Translations under genes and position numbers: made by a program
DNA from: Candidatus Moraniibacteriota bacterium
GTDB taxonomy: Bacteria; Patescibacteriota; Minisyncoccia; Moranbacterales; JAPLXC01
Length of the DNA: 64,000 nt
Reading direction: 5' to 3'
NCBI GenBank assembly: GCA_026396275.1
Contig: JAPLXC010000004.1
Location: forward strand, 1,193-65,192
The notes under the pieces: model-generated
What the model saw: the letters and a program-made list of their open reading frames with translations, nothing else
Database searches by the model: none
Told to the model about the DNA's origin: nothing
In this document: piece after piece, positions 1 through 10,577 of the stretch
How positions within the stretch are numbered: position 1 is the stretch's first letter
How the letters are laid out: every line of letters starts with the position of its first letter

Positions 1-225
1 TCACTCGGCGGCAATTATTTGGATGTTGAAAAAGGAGGAATTATTTGCAAGCACTGCCGTGGCGGAAGGCAGAACGCTATAGGTACCGGGGACAATACTG
101 TGAAGCTCATCCGGATTTTTTCCCGCAATAAAATTTCCTCTCTTCAAAAACTACGAGTTCAAAGAAAAGAAATTGATGAACTAAATGCGATTTCCCAGAA
201 GTTTCTTGAGTGGGTCGTAAAGTAG
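1..225 (+). CDS. recO: DNA repair protein RecO, C-terminal part (gene starts before window)
   Basis: Frame open from base 1; GGIICxxC Zn-finger remnant followed by helical tail typical of RecO C-terminus. Confidence 0.65.
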   Translation, partial: SLGGNYLDVEKGGIICKHCRGGRQNAIGTGDNTVKLIRIFSRNKISSLQKLRVQRKEIDELNAISQKFLEWVVK

Positions 226-286
226 CTTTTTACGATGCTCTTTTTGTGTTATAATTTACATACTAAAACTAAAGCGAATATGAATT

Positions 287-2209
287 ATGTCCTTGGGAGA
301 TCTAAATAAGGAACTCTATAATCCCAATTCAGATGCGGGAGAAAAAACTCATAAAAAGAGCCGATTTGACCCGGAACTTTCACCCCAGAACGATAGCCAG
401 GAATTTCAGAAAAAGGAGATGTGGATAAAAGGAAAAAAAGGACTAACTCCCGATCAGAAAAAAATAATTAAGCGAGGATTATGGGCAGTCGGCAGTATAG
501 TTCTTTTGGGTCTTCTCACCCTGGCTGTTTACGAAATCAGGAGGTCGGCTTTCAATGAGGAGAAAACGACCATAGGCCTAGAGGGGCCGACAGTTATTGA
601 CAGCACTCAGCCTGCTCAGTACATCATCCGTTATAAAAATGGTAATCGCGTTGATCTTAAAGATGCAGTGATCCGTTTGAACTACCAGGAAAATTTCCAG
701 CCGGAGGAAGCGGCAAACCTGAAAACCATAAACGCCAGCAATAGCCAGATCTACATTGGCACTATTAAGGCCCATTTCGAAGGTACAATTGAACTAAAAG
801 GGAAGTTTTACGCTCCCCAGGACTATATTGTTTATCTCCGGGCTACTCTTAGCTATACTCCTTCAAATTTCAACAGCACTTTCGAAGCCCAAAACCAGCT
901 GGGTGTCAGTGTGCAGACATCTCCTATTTTTTTGGAAATCGCCGCTCCCTTGGAAGCAGCTAGCGGAAATAGGGTGGAATATGTCATTGATTACAAAAAT
1001 CTCGGCACTCGGAATTTTTCCGATGTGCGGATTAAAGCCGAATACCCGGAAGGATTTCTGTTTTCTTCCGCGGAGCCGCAGCTGTCGGAGGGAAATAACT
1101 TCTGGTACATTGGAAAACTTGACCCCCAACAGGGGGGGAAAATAAAAATCCAGGGAACGTTACAAGGCGCGCGAAGCGAAGAGAAAAAAATAAATGTTTT
1201 CGCGGGTTCATTGAGCAGCAGCGGGCAGTTTCTTATTTACACTCAAAGTGACAAAACCACTAAAATAATCGTTTCACCTTTAAGTATAACGCAGTCAGTT
1301 AACAATCAGCGAAGTCCTTCAGTGAACGTGGGCGAAGAGCTTTACTACGTGCTAAAGTACCAAAATGAAGGCGAGATTGGACTACGGGACGTGATTATAA
1401 CCCTGGAAATCAAAAGTTTAGCGCTTAATTTTTCCAAACTTAAATTAGGAAATGGATTTTACGACCGGACTCACCAGACAATTACCTGGAAGGCCCCGGA
1501 TTTTCCTCAACTGACTAATCTGGGTCCGGGAGAAGGAGGGGAAATCAGGTTTTCCGTTCCGGTAACGAGTCAGATTCCCGTGGACAACGAAAACGACAAA
1601 AATTTTACCGTCACATCAACCGCTAAAATCGACAGCCCTGACATTCCGACTCCTCTTGGATCGAATAAGATTATCGATAGCGATACGCTTGAATTTAAAT
1701 TAAACTCCAAAGTTATCCTGGAAACCCTTGGATATTACGCTGATCCCAACATTCCTAACTCCGGACCGGTTCCCCCGCAAGTGGGGAAAGAGACAACTTA
1801 TACTATTCACTGGAAGATTACTAACGTCAATAACGATATTGCTGATACAAGGGTCGTATCTTCGCTTTCCACCGGCGTGAAGTGGACCGGAAAGATATAT
1901 CCAGAAAGTGAAAATATCGCCTTTAATGAGCGCACTAATCAAATAATTTGGGAAGTAGGAAAACTTAAAAACGGTATTGGAATTTTAAACCCCAAACGGG
2001 AAATAAGTTTTCAGGTAAGCATTATCCCCCAAATAAACCAGGCAGGACAGGAAGCGCTTCTACTTACTCCCTCGATTCTAACAGCCAAAGACCTCTTTAC
2101 TGGGGAAGAATTACGAGCTGAAACGCCAAAGAAGAACACGCTGTTACCAGAGGACGTTAGCATTGGCGGGAATTATAAGGTGGAAAATCCCGGTAATGAA
2201 CCCGGCTGA
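287..2209 (+). CDS. Membrane-anchored surface protein with repeated Ig-like/DUF11-type beta domains
   Basis: 640 aa; one N-terminal TM helix, repeated YxIxYxNxG...L.P.xxG motifs. Confidence 0.65.
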   Translation: MSLGDLNKELYNPNSDAGEKTHKKSRFDPELSPQNDSQEFQKKEMWIKGKKGLTPDQKKIIKRGLWAVGSIVLLGLLTLAVYEIRRSAFNEEKTTIGLEGPTVIDSTQPAQYIIRYKNGNRVDLKDAVIRLNYQENFQPEEAANLKTINASNSQIYIGTIKAHFEGTIELKGKFYAPQDYIVYLRATLSYTPSNFNSTFEAQNQLGVSVQTSPIFLEIAAPLEAASGNRVEYVIDYKNLGTRNFSDVRIKAEYPEGFLFSSAEPQLSEGNNFWYIGKLDPQQGGKIKIQGTLQGARSEEKKINVFAGSLSSSGQFLIYTQSDKTTKIIVSPLSITQSVNNQRSPSVNVGEELYYVLKYQNEGEIGLRDVIITLEIKSLALNFSKLKLGNGFYDRTHQTITWKAPDFPQLTNLGPGEGGEIRFSVPVTSQIPVDNENDKNFTVTSTAKIDSPDIPTPLGSNKIIDSDTLEFKLNSKVILETLGYYADPNIPNSGPVPPQVGKETTYTIHWKITNVNNDIADTRVVSSLSTGVKWTGKIYPESENIAFNERTNQIIWEVGKLKNGIGILNPKREISFQVSIIPQINQAGQEALLLTPSILTAKDLFTGEELRAETPKKNTLLPEDVSIGGNYKVENPGNEPG

Positions 2210-2227
2210 AAAATGGATAAAGCATAA

Positions 2228-3355
2228 ATGCTCAAAATAATTTCCCATAAAAACGGGAGAAGAATAGGAAAACTGGAGACGAAAAGCGGAGCAATAAATA
2301 CTCCGTTTTTTATGCCGGATGCGACGAGAGGATTTGCGAAGTCTCTTGGTAAAGAGGATTTGGAAAAAATCGGCGTTGGGCCGATGGTGGTAAACACTTA
2401 TCATCTTTATCTTCAACCGGGAATTGACCTAATTAAAAAAGCCGGCGGGATAAATAAATTTATGAACTGGGAGGCACCGCTTCTCTCTGACAGTGGAGGC
2501 TATCAGATCTTTTCACTCATTCACAAAAATCCGGAAATGGGAAAAATCACGGACGACAAAGTGATTTTCAAATCGCCGCTTGACGGAAAAGAACATGAAT
2601 TCACTCCGGAGGAGGCGATTCAAATCCAATTTGACTTAGGTGTTGATATGATGGTGGTGCTGGATGACTGCCCGCCGAATAGTTATCCCAAAGAGAAAAT
2701 AGAAGAAGCCGTGAAGCGGACAATAGGGTGGGCGAAAAGATGCAAAGAAGAATATAACAGACAATTAAGAGTGAGAAATGAGAAGTTGAAAAGAAGGCCG
2801 TTAATATTTGGGGTAATTCAAGGCGGGACATATAAGGATTTGCGGAAATATTGCGCTGAAGAGTTAATTGAAATTGGATTTGATGGACTGGGTTTCGGCG
2901 CGCGGCACCATGATGAAAAAGGAAATTTAATGGAAGAATTACTTAAATTTACCGCCAATTTAATACCAGAAAATTATTTGCGTTTTGCTTTGGGAGTTGG
3001 AACGCCGGAAGATATTGTACAATGTGCGGTAATGGGATGGGACATATTTGATTGTGTGATTCCCACCCGTGAAGGCCGTCATGGCAAATTGTTTATTTGG
3101 AAAAGTGACCCAAATGACGCGAATTTTCATCCGAATGGCCCGAATGGATTTTATGAAACCGTAAACATTAATAATGAAAAGTTTAAAACAGATCTTTCGC
3201 CAGTAGATGAACATTGCGATTGTGAACTTTGCCAAAATTACAGCCGGGCATATCTAAGTCATTTGTTCAAAGCGGGCGACCCATTAGCAATGCGCCTGGC
3301 GACAATTCACAATTTGCGGTTTTATCTGCGGCTTATGAAACAGTTACAGTCTTGA
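2228..3355 (+). CDS. tgt: tRNA-guanine transglycosylase
   Basis: TPFFMP, NTYHL, DSGGYQ, FDCVIPTR and CxCxxC...H Zn site. Confidence 0.95.
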   Translation: MLKIISHKNGRRIGKLETKSGAINTPFFMPDATRGFAKSLGKEDLEKIGVGPMVVNTYHLYLQPGIDLIKKAGGINKFMNWEAPLLSDSGGYQIFSLIHKNPEMGKITDDKVIFKSPLDGKEHEFTPEEAIQIQFDLGVDMMVVLDDCPPNSYPKEKIEEAVKRTIGWAKRCKEEYNRQLRVRNEKLKRRPLIFGVIQGGTYKDLRKYCAEELIEIGFDGLGFGARHHDEKGNLMEELLKFTANLIPENYLRFALGVGTPEDIVQCAVMGWDIFDCVIPTREGRHGKLFIWKSDPNDANFHPNGPNGFYETVNINNEKFKTDLSPVDEHCDCELCQNYSRAYLSHLFKAGDPLAMRLATIHNLRFYLRLMKQLQS

Positions 3356-3433
3356 TTTTAGAAACCGTTAAACAGCGGTATTTTGCAAAAATGCTTCCAG
3401 TTGTTAAAATTGATGTAATAAGCAAAAAGAGAA

Positions 3434-4744
3434 ATGGTAAACCCAGTCATCACAATAGAAAATCTTCGCGTTATCTACAACCAGGGAAAATCCAACGAAA
3501 CCCGTTCTCTGGACGGAGTCAATCTTAAAATATTTCCCCGGGAGTACATTATCGTTCACGGTCCTTCTGGTTGTGGCAAATCAACCCTTCTTTATTCTAT
3601 CGCCGGATTGCAAGCACCGACCTATGGAGAAGTGACAATTGAAGACAAAAAACTTTCTCAAATGAAAGAGCGGGAAAAAGTGGAACTTCATCAGGTGGGA
3701 GTGGGAATGATTTTTCAGGCCTTCTATTTAATTTCCTCATTGAGTGTGATTGATAATGTTTGCCTCCCCCGGGTTTTTCGCGGTGAAGATCCGGAAAAAA
3801 GAAAAAGTGATGCCTTGGTGCTTCTGCGCCGGTTTGGAATTGCGGAGCAAGCCAATAAATTCCCCGGCCAGCTTTCCGGAGGGCAAAAACAGCGAGTAGC
3901 AATCGCTCGCGCTCTAATAAATAACCCCCAGATTATTTTGGCCGATGAGCCCGTGGGAAATTTAGATAGTGAGTCAGCGGAAAGTGTGCTCCAGATCCTA
4001 AAGGAACTAAATGAAGTCGACAAAAGAACGATAATTATGGTTACTCATAACTCTGAATATTTGCATTATGCTGATCGAGTGATTCACATGAAAGATGGGA
4101 TCATTGTCAGCTTGGAAGTAATTGAAGAAAAAAGACCTATCTCAGTGGTGAAAGAAGAAGTAGCCATTCAACCTGAAGAAATTTCCACTGATTTAAAACT
4201 ATTAATGCGAATGTTTAAAAATCTTTCTCCTCAACAAGCCGGGGTCTTGATTGTTCCTTTTAAGGCCAAACAGCTTCTTTCTCACGTGGTGTCAGAATTT
4301 ACTGAAGAACAGCTGACTTCAGCGGAAAATTATTTGAAAGAGTTTCTCTTTCGCAATATCGATATCAAGGAACTGGAAAAAAGCTTGGATCTTGATTATG
4401 ACGAAGGCGGAGCCGGATGGAATAAAAGAAGAGCCATTGCCTTTGCCCAGCGAGTAAGACAAATAATGAATCAGGTAGAGGCGCTCACAGCTAATCCGGA
4501 AACCGCTGCCAACACTTTTTCTGACTATCTTCTTGAACACTTTAATATTAAACTCAGCGATGATATCAAATTGCGGTTTCGCTCCTTTATTAAGTTAAGA
4601 ATTGACAATAAAATAGACCGTTTCAGCTTGCAGCAGCGTTTGGATACCCCCAAGATATTAGGAGGAATAGGACTGTATAAAACAACAGCTGAGAAAGTAG
4701 TGCGGGAGATAGAAGTGGTAATGTTGCTTAAATATTCAGCTTAA
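3434..4744 (+). CDS. MacB/LolD-type ABC ATPase with ~200 aa C-terminal extension
   Basis: [25 protein letters not shown]. Confidence 0.9.
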   Translation: MVNPVITIENLRVIYNQGKSNETRSLDGVNLKIFPREYIIVHGPSGCGKSTLLYSIAGLQAPTYGEVTIEDKKLSQMKEREKVELHQVGVGMIFQAFYLISSLSVIDNVCLPRVFRGEDPEKRKSDALVLLRRFGIAEQANKFPGQLSGGQKQRVAIARALINNPQIILADEPVGNLDSESAESVLQILKELNEVDKRTIIMVTHNSEYLHYADRVIHMKDGIIVSLEVIEEKRPISVVKEEVAIQPEEISTDLKLLMRMFKNLSPQQAGVLIVPFKAKQLLSHVVSEFTEEQLTSAENYLKEFLFRNIDIKELEKSLDLDYDEGGAGWNKRRAIAFAQRVRQIMNQVEALTANPETAANTFSDYLLEHFNIKLSDDIKLRFRSFIKLRIDNKIDRFSLQQRLDTPKILGGIGLYKTTAEKVVREIEVVMLLKYSA

Positions 4745-4747
4745 ACT

Positions 4748-5962
4748 ATGAAATTTTCCGATATTTTCAAACTTTCAACCAGAATGTTCAAAGCGAGAAC
4801 TTCGCGCACGCTTCTTACGATTTTAGGCATGAGTATTGGAATCGGTGCTATTTTATTCCTGGTATCGCTTGGATACGGCTTGCAGAAAACCTTACTTAAT
4901 AAGATCACTACTTCCGACGCGCTGCTTACTCTGGATGTGACTGAAGCCAAATCAGCAACCGTTTTTCTTAATCGCGAGACCCTCAAAGTGATGGCAGAAA
5001 TGGAAGGGGTAGGGGAAGTAAGTCCCGCTTATCAGTTGAACGCCCAGGGACGCCTTGGCGATCTTTCAGCTGATTTTTCTGCCGTAGTGGTAAAGCCGTC
5101 ATTTCTAAAATTGGGGGGATATCGGGTAAGTCAGGGGCGCTTACTGAATGACGAAAGTCCTCAGGAAATTGTGGTTACTTCAACGGTCTCCCGCGTATTT
5201 GGGAAAAATGCGGATGAGATAATTGGAAAAGAAATAAAGTTTAGTTTTTTGGTGCCCGAGCAGGACAAAACAGGAGAAGTATCAAAAAATTCGCAAGTCA
5301 AGACAAAACGGGTGGAATCCGACAAAGCATACGTAGTAGCCGGCGTCATTGAAGGGGAGGATAGCATTATATATATCAATTCCAAGTCCCTTGATAATTT
5401 TTCCATTGATCATTTTAGCCAGGTTAAAGTGAAATGCAGAACGAATCAGGCGTTGGGGTTAGTTCGGGATCAGCTCATTAGCCAGGGATTTTTAGTATCG
5501 GCACTTTCCGATACGGTTGAGGAAGCAAACAAAGTGTTCAGGGCCATTCAGATTGTGCTAATGCTCTTTGGAGTTGTTGCTCTTGTAGTAAGCGCTATCG
5601 GGATGTTTAACACAATGACTATTGCTCTTTTGGAGCGGACGGAGGAAATCGGGATAATGAAGTCCATTGGCGCTTCCAATGCGGGAATATCTTTAATATT
5701 CGTTATGGAATCGGCTATTATGGGATTTTTGGGAGGAGTATGCGGTGTTTTTATCGGCTTTGTCAGCGGGGAGGTTTTTAATGGACTGATAAATTTTATT
5801 GCCCGGCGTTTTGGAGGAGAATCAGTGGACTTGTTCTACATTCCTTTGTGGTTCGTGCTACTTATCATTCTTTTTGCCGGTTTTGTTGGCTTTTCCACCG
5901 GGTTTATTCCGGCCAGACGGGCAAGCCACATTGATCCTCTGGAAGCTTTGAGGTATAAGTAA
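4748..5962 (+). CDS. MacB/FtsX-family ABC permease
   Basis: RTLLTILGMSIG, ERTEEIGIMKSIGA, PARRAS.IDP.EALRY. Confidence 0.9.
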   Translation: MKFSDIFKLSTRMFKARTSRTLLTILGMSIGIGAILFLVSLGYGLQKTLLNKITTSDALLTLDVTEAKSATVFLNRETLKVMAEMEGVGEVSPAYQLNAQGRLGDLSADFSAVVVKPSFLKLGGYRVSQGRLLNDESPQEIVVTSTVSRVFGKNADEIIGKEIKFSFLVPEQDKTGEVSKNSQVKTKRVESDKAYVVAGVIEGEDSIIYINSKSLDNFSIDHFSQVKVKCRTNQALGLVRDQLISQGFLVSALSDTVEEANKVFRAIQIVLMLFGVVALVVSAIGMFNTMTIALLERTEEIGIMKSIGASNAGISLIFVMESAIMGFLGGVCGVFIGFVSGEVFNGLINFIARRFGGESVDLFYIPLWFVLLIILFAGFVGFSTGFIPARRASHIDPLEALRYK

Positions 5963-5966
5963 AGCT

Positions 5967-6806
5967 ATGAAAATTCTTAGCGGAAAAAGAGCAGCTCTAA
6001 AAATATTAAATAATCTTGAAGTCAACATCAGGAAATTACCCGCCGCTCCCGGACTGGCAGTGCTTTTAATTGGAGACGATAAACCCTCACATTTATATGC
6101 CCGCTTAAAACAGGAAGCAGCAAAAAAAATAGGAGTTCGTTTTTATCTTGTTAAATTTAAAGAGAATGCTGCCGAGAGAAAAATTATTGAGAAAATATCA
6201 GTGCTTAACAAAAACGGAAAAATAAACGGAATTATAGTTCAGCTTCCACTGCCCTCAAAATTCAACGCACGGAGAATTATCAAAGCCATTGATCCGGAAA
6301 AAGACGTAGACGGATTTCATCCGGAAAATATGAAGCTGTTTTTGAAAAGCAAAGAAAGATTCTGGCCGGTTTTTCCGCGGGCAATTGTTAAACTGATTGA
6401 AGAAAGTCGTCTTAAACTTTTAGGAAAAAAAGCAGTGGTTTTAGCAAATTCGCAAAGTTTCGGGAAGATAATGGTGGCAGCTTTAGGGAAGAAAAAAATA
6501 AGAGCCAAATATATCTTGTTTAAAAAAGTTAAGGAGAATGTTAAGTTAATCAAAAAAGCAGACATCATTGTGGTTGCAATGGGAATTCCAAATCTCGTAA
6601 AAGGGAAAATGATTAAAGAGGGTGCAGTAGTAGTTGACGGAGGAATTACGAAAAGAGGAAAGAAGGTACTAGGAGATGTTGATCGAGAGTCCGTAAAATA
6701 CGTGGCTTCCTATCTTTCCCCGGTTCCCGGAGGAGTTGGGCCAGTAACGGTAGCCTGCCTTTTTTGGAATGTTTACTTAGCCACTAAAGAACAACTCAAG
6801 GATTAA
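5967..6806 (+). CDS. folD: Methylenetetrahydrofolate dehydrogenase/cyclohydrolase
   Basis: GIIVQLPLP, KDVDGFHP, PVPGGVGPVT. Confidence 0.93.
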   Translation: MKILSGKRAALKILNNLEVNIRKLPAAPGLAVLLIGDDKPSHLYARLKQEAAKKIGVRFYLVKFKENAAERKIIEKISVLNKNGKINGIIVQLPLPSKFNARRIIKAIDPEKDVDGFHPENMKLFLKSKERFWPVFPRAIVKLIEESRLKLLGKKAVVLANSQSFGKIMVAALGKKKIRAKYILFKKVKENVKLIKKADIIVVAMGIPNLVKGKMIKEGAVVVDGGITKRGKKVLGDVDRESVKYVASYLSPVPGGVGPVTVACLFWNVYLATKEQLKD

Positions 6807-6889
6807 GAGATTAAGTAAAAAACTGATTGTTCCAGATAACTACGATCGCTGCCAAGTAGAATAATTGTTTTTGGCAAAGTCGGCTTTAT

Positions 6890-6920
6890 AAAATCTTCCT
6901 TTTGACGGAGGGTTTTTTTG
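6890..6920 (+). terminator. Hairpin + U-run just upstream of leuS
   Basis: aaatcttcc-ttttgac-ggagggttt-tttt. Confidence 0.5.
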
Positions 6921-6937
6921 TTGATAAACTTAATAGT

Positions 6938-9889
6938 ATGGAAAAATACAACTCGCGGAAAATAGAGAAAAAGTGGCAGAAGAAATGGGAAGAAAGCGGA
7001 ATTTACAAGAATTACAAAAAAGACAAGAAATTCTACGCTCTTGATATGTTTCCTTATACCTCCGGCGAGGGTTTGCACGTGGGCCATCCGAGAGGATACA
7101 TCGCCACTGATGTCGTTTCCCGTTTCAAGATGCTTCAGGGAGCAAGCGTTCTTCATCCGATGGGATGGGACGCTTTTGGCTTGCCAACAGAAAATTACGC
7201 CATCGAGCATAAAATTCACCCGCGGATCGTGACCGAAAAAAATATTTCTGTTTTTAAAAAACAGCTTCAAATGTTTGGTTTTACCTATGATTGGGATCGG
7301 GAGATTAATACAACGGATCCGGGATATTACAAATGGACGCAGTGGATTTTTTTGAAAATGTTTGAAAAAGGACTGGCTTATGAGTCGAACGAGCCGATTA
7401 ACTGGTGCCCCTCCTGCAAGACAGGGCTGGCGCTGGAGGATTTGGAAAAAGGATTATGCGAACGTTGCGGAACGCAGGTAGTGCAGAAAAAAATGAGACA
7501 GTGGGTTTTAAGGATGACAAATTATGCTGATCGTCTGCTTTACGATCTGGACAGCGAAGATCTAGATTGGGAGGAGCAGATTTTAGAACAACAAAGAAAC
7601 TGGATCGGGAGAAGCGAGGGAACAGAGTTCAAGATGCCAGTTGTCATTGCGAGCGAAGCAAAGCAATCTCGTACAGAAGAATCAAATTCAGAGATTGCCG
7701 CGTCGCCTTCGGCTCCTCGCAATGACATCTATATTGAAGTTTATACCACCCGTCTGGATACGGCCTTTGGGATGACATATGCAGTAGTAGCACCGGAACA
7801 TCCAATCGTCGCTTCGCTTCTCAAAATCAAAAATCAAAAATCAAAAATCAAAAATATTGAAGAAATTAGAAATTATATAATCCGGTCACAGAATAAAACA
7901 GAGCTGGAAAGAATGGAGGCAAAGGAAAAAACAGGAATGGAAATTAAAGGAATAAAAGTTATAAATCCTTTCACTAATGAGGAAATTCCGTTATTTGTTG
8001 CCGATTATGTTTTAGGCCACTACGGCACCGGCGCAGTGATGGCTGTGCCAGCACACGATGAAAGGGACTGGGAATTTGCGAGGAAATATAATTTACCCAT
8101 AAAACAATCAATCGTTCCAAATTACAGAGAATATGAAACTACAATAAAGACCCTAAATGCACTTAGAGAAATCTATAGAGCAGCTGAAAAAAAAGACTTA
8201 AGATTTTGGCTACTTGGCGGACTAGCTTGCGCTTTTTATGCGGGAATAATTTATAGGGAACACAATGATTTAGATTTAATTACCGAAAATGAAAATGACC
8301 GTATTAAAATGTTTCAATTATTGGAAAATTTGGGATTTAAAAAAATAAAGGAGAAAAAAATATCAGAAAATCTCATCAACTTTGTTTATCAACGAGGAGA
8401 AATTGAAGTTGATATTGGACCCAATCAAGGCGAATTTGGTTTGGCTGGTGATTTTGAGGAAGATATTAAATATCTAGGAGAATACCAGTCAAGAGTATTA
8501 AGCAAACGATTTGTCAAAAGTTTTAAAGAATATCAGTTGAAGACTAGAGATGAAAAAAAAGACCAAATAGACGTGGAATATTTAAGTGGTAAAGTTTTGA
8601 TTGATGATGAAGTATTGGTTAATTCTGAAAAATATTCAGGACTAACTTCCCAAAAAGCCCGAGAGGAAATGGCAAAGTGGCTGGAGAAACAAAGAATCGG
8701 CAAGAAAAAAATAAATTACAAAATGCGTGACTGGGTGTTTTCCAGACAGCGTTACTGGGGAGAACCCATTCCCATAATTCACTGCGAGAAATGCGGTGCA
8801 GTAGGGGTGCCGGAGAAGGAATTGCCTGTTACTTTGCCGGATGTTGAAAGTTACGAGCCGACCGGGACGGGCGAATCGCCACTGGCGAATATCAAAGATT
8901 GGGTGAACACCACTTGTCCCAAATGCGGCGGACCGGGAAAAAGAGAAACCAATACTATGCCTCAATGGGCGGGCTCCTCCTGGTATTATCTTCGCTACAT
9001 TGATTCAAAAAATGAAAAGGAACTTGTTGGAAAAAAAGAAGAAAAAAAGTGGATGCCGGTGGATCTCTATGTGGGCGGGATAGAACACGCTACTCGTCAT
9101 CTTCTCTACGCACGATTCTGGCACAAGTTTTTATACGATATTGGTGTTGTTTCCACAAAAGAGCCGTTTAAAAAATTAGTTCACGTCGGGCTCATTGGCG
9201 GAGAGGACGGCAGAAAAATGTCCAAGCGCTGGGGCAATGTCGTCAGTCCTAACGACGTGATAGAACAATTCGGAGCGGACTCAATCAGATTGTATGAAAT
9301 GTTTATGGGGCCTTTCACCCAGGGTATTTCATGGAGTACGGCAGGGGTAAGTGGGATGAGGAGATTTTTGGAGAAAGTATGGAAATCGCAAAATCGAATT
9401 ATGAATTACGAATCAGGAATTAAGAATAACGTTGAAAATTTATTGCATAAGACAATCAAAAAAATAACAGAAGATATAGAAAATTTCCGATTTAATACCG
9501 CACTAAGCTCGATGATGATATATATTAATCAACTTGAGAAACAAAAGAAAATATCCATGATTCATTATTCACAATTCCTAATTCTATTGAGTCCCTTCGC
9601 CCCCCATATCGCCGAAGAGCTATGGGAGAAACTAGGACACAAAGAAAGCATATTCCGGCAGTCCTGGCCGAAGCATAATCCGCAATTGATAAAAGACGAG
9701 GAAATAGATCTGGTAATCCAAGTCAATGGAAAAGTCCGCGACACTGTTAAAGTATCAGCCGATATTTCCGAAGATGAAGCGAAAAAACTAGCCTTTGAAA
9801 ATCAAAAAGCAAAAACCTTTACAAAGGAAAAAGTAATTAAAAAGGTCATTTTTGTAAAAGGCAAGTTAATTAATATCGTAGTTTCTTAG
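6938..9889 (+). CDS. leuS: Leucyl-tRNA synthetase with an inserted nucleotidyltransferase-like domain and in-frame repeat insertions
   Basis: MFPYTSG-HVGH, GWDAFGLP, YGTGAVMAVPAHD, DWVFSRQRYWG, KMSKR; start moved to ATG 6938. Confidence 0.95.
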   Translation: MEKYNSRKIEKKWQKKWEESGIYKNYKKDKKFYALDMFPYTSGEGLHVGHPRGYIATDVVSRFKMLQGASVLHPMGWDAFGLPTENYAIEHKIHPRIVTEKNISVFKKQLQMFGFTYDWDREINTTDPGYYKWTQWIFLKMFEKGLAYESNEPINWCPSCKTGLALEDLEKGLCERCGTQVVQKKMRQWVLRMTNYADRLLYDLDSEDLDWEEQILEQQRNWIGRSEGTEFKMPVVIASEAKQSRTEESNSEIAASPSAPRNDIYIEVYTTRLDTAFGMTYAVVAPEHPIVASLLKIKNQKSKIKNIEEIRNYIIRSQNKTELERMEAKEKTGMEIKGIKVINPFTNEEIPLFVADYVLGHYGTGAVMAVPAHDERDWEFARKYNLPIKQSIVPNYREYETTIKTLNALREIYRAAEKKDLRFWLLGGLACAFYAGIIYREHNDLDLITENENDRIKMFQLLENLGFKKIKEKKISENLINFVYQRGEIEVDIGPNQGEFGLAGDFEEDIKYLGEYQSRVLSKRFVKSFKEYQLKTRDEKKDQIDVEYLSGKVLIDDEVLVNSEKYSGLTSQKAREEMAKWLEKQRIGKKKINYKMRDWVFSRQRYWGEPIPIIHCEKCGAVGVPEKELPVTLPDVESYEPTGTGESPLANIKDWVNTTCPKCGGPGKRETNTMPQWAGSSWYYLRYIDSKNEKELVGKKEEKKWMPVDLYVGGIEHATRHLLYARFWHKFLYDIGVVSTKEPFKKLVHVGLIGGEDGRKMSKRWGNVVSPNDVIEQFGADSIRLYEMFMGPFTQGISWSTAGVSGMRRFLEKVWKSQNRIMNYESGIKNNVENLLHKTIKKITEDIENFRFNTALSSMMIYINQLEKQKKISMIHYSQFLILLSPFAPHIAEELWEKLGHKESIFRQSWPKHNPQLIKDEEIDLVIQVNGKVRDTVKVSADISEDEAKKLAFENQKAKTFTKEKVIKKVIFVKGKLINIVVS
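7642..7727. repeat. GTCATTGCGAG-family palindromic element, in frame in leuS
   Basis: tgtcattgcgag...ctcgcaatgaca inverted ends; encodes VIASEAKQS...APRND. Confidence 0.85.
7823..7855 (+). repeat. AAAAATC heptamer tandem array, in frame in leuS
   Basis: (aaaaatc)n encoding KIKNQKSKIKN. Confidence 0.9.
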
Positions 9890-9890
9890 C

Positions 9891-10547
9891 ATGAGAGTAA
9901 TTTATCTTGATCTTAATGACGAACATAAATTTAATTTGGCAATTTCTGAAGCAGTTCAATATTTAAAAGAGGGTAAAATTATTATTTATCCAACAGACAC
10001 AATTTACGGAATGGGGTGCGACGCGTTTTGCGAAAGAGCGATAGATAAAATTTTTTCCATCAAGGGGCGGGAAAATATGAAGCCGCTCTCTATTCTCGTG
10101 AAAGACATTGAAGAAATAAGAAAATATTCATTTGTTGACAGCAAAAGAGAAAAAATTATTTCTGCTCTGCTCCCCGGCCCTTTCACTCTCATTCTTCCGG
10201 AGGCAAAAAATATTCCCAAACTGGTAACTGGCGGAAAAAACGCCATCGGAGTAAGAATTCCAGACAATCCTATTACCAAGAAGCTTTTGAAAAGCTTTGA
10301 GCGTCCCATAGTCAGCACTTCAGTGAATATCTCCGGCAGAGAGCCCCTAAGCGACCCGTTTAAAATCGTTGAGGAATTCAAGATTAAAAAAATTCGGCCG
10401 GATTTAATTCTGGACTGCGGAAAAATTCCTAACGCGCGCCCCTCGGTCATCGTGGACATAACCAGAGAAAACCCGCAGATAAAAAGGAGTGAAATATTGA
10501 GCGTTCAAGAAGTTAGAAAACTGTTGCAAAAATTAAGCGCGCTTTAA
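9891..10547 (+). CDS. tsaC: Threonylcarbamoyl-AMP synthase (Sua5/YrdC)
   Basis: YPTDTIYG, KGR..KPLS, LPGPFT, GVRIP, STSVNISG. Confidence 0.93.
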   Translation: MRVIYLDLNDEHKFNLAISEAVQYLKEGKIIIYPTDTIYGMGCDAFCERAIDKIFSIKGRENMKPLSILVKDIEEIRKYSFVDSKREKIISALLPGPFTLILPEAKNIPKLVTGGKNAIGVRIPDNPITKKLLKSFERPIVSTSVNISGREPLSDPFKIVEEFKIKKIRPDLILDCGKIPNARPSVIVDITRENPQIKRSEILSVQEVRKLLQKLSAL

Positions 10548-10577
10548 CGCTAAATACAAAGTACCGGAACTAAAATT

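Noticed and set aside
6807-6937. T-box or other riboswitch before leuS
   Set aside because: Terminator-like hairpin present but no UGGNACC antiterminator or recognisable aptamer
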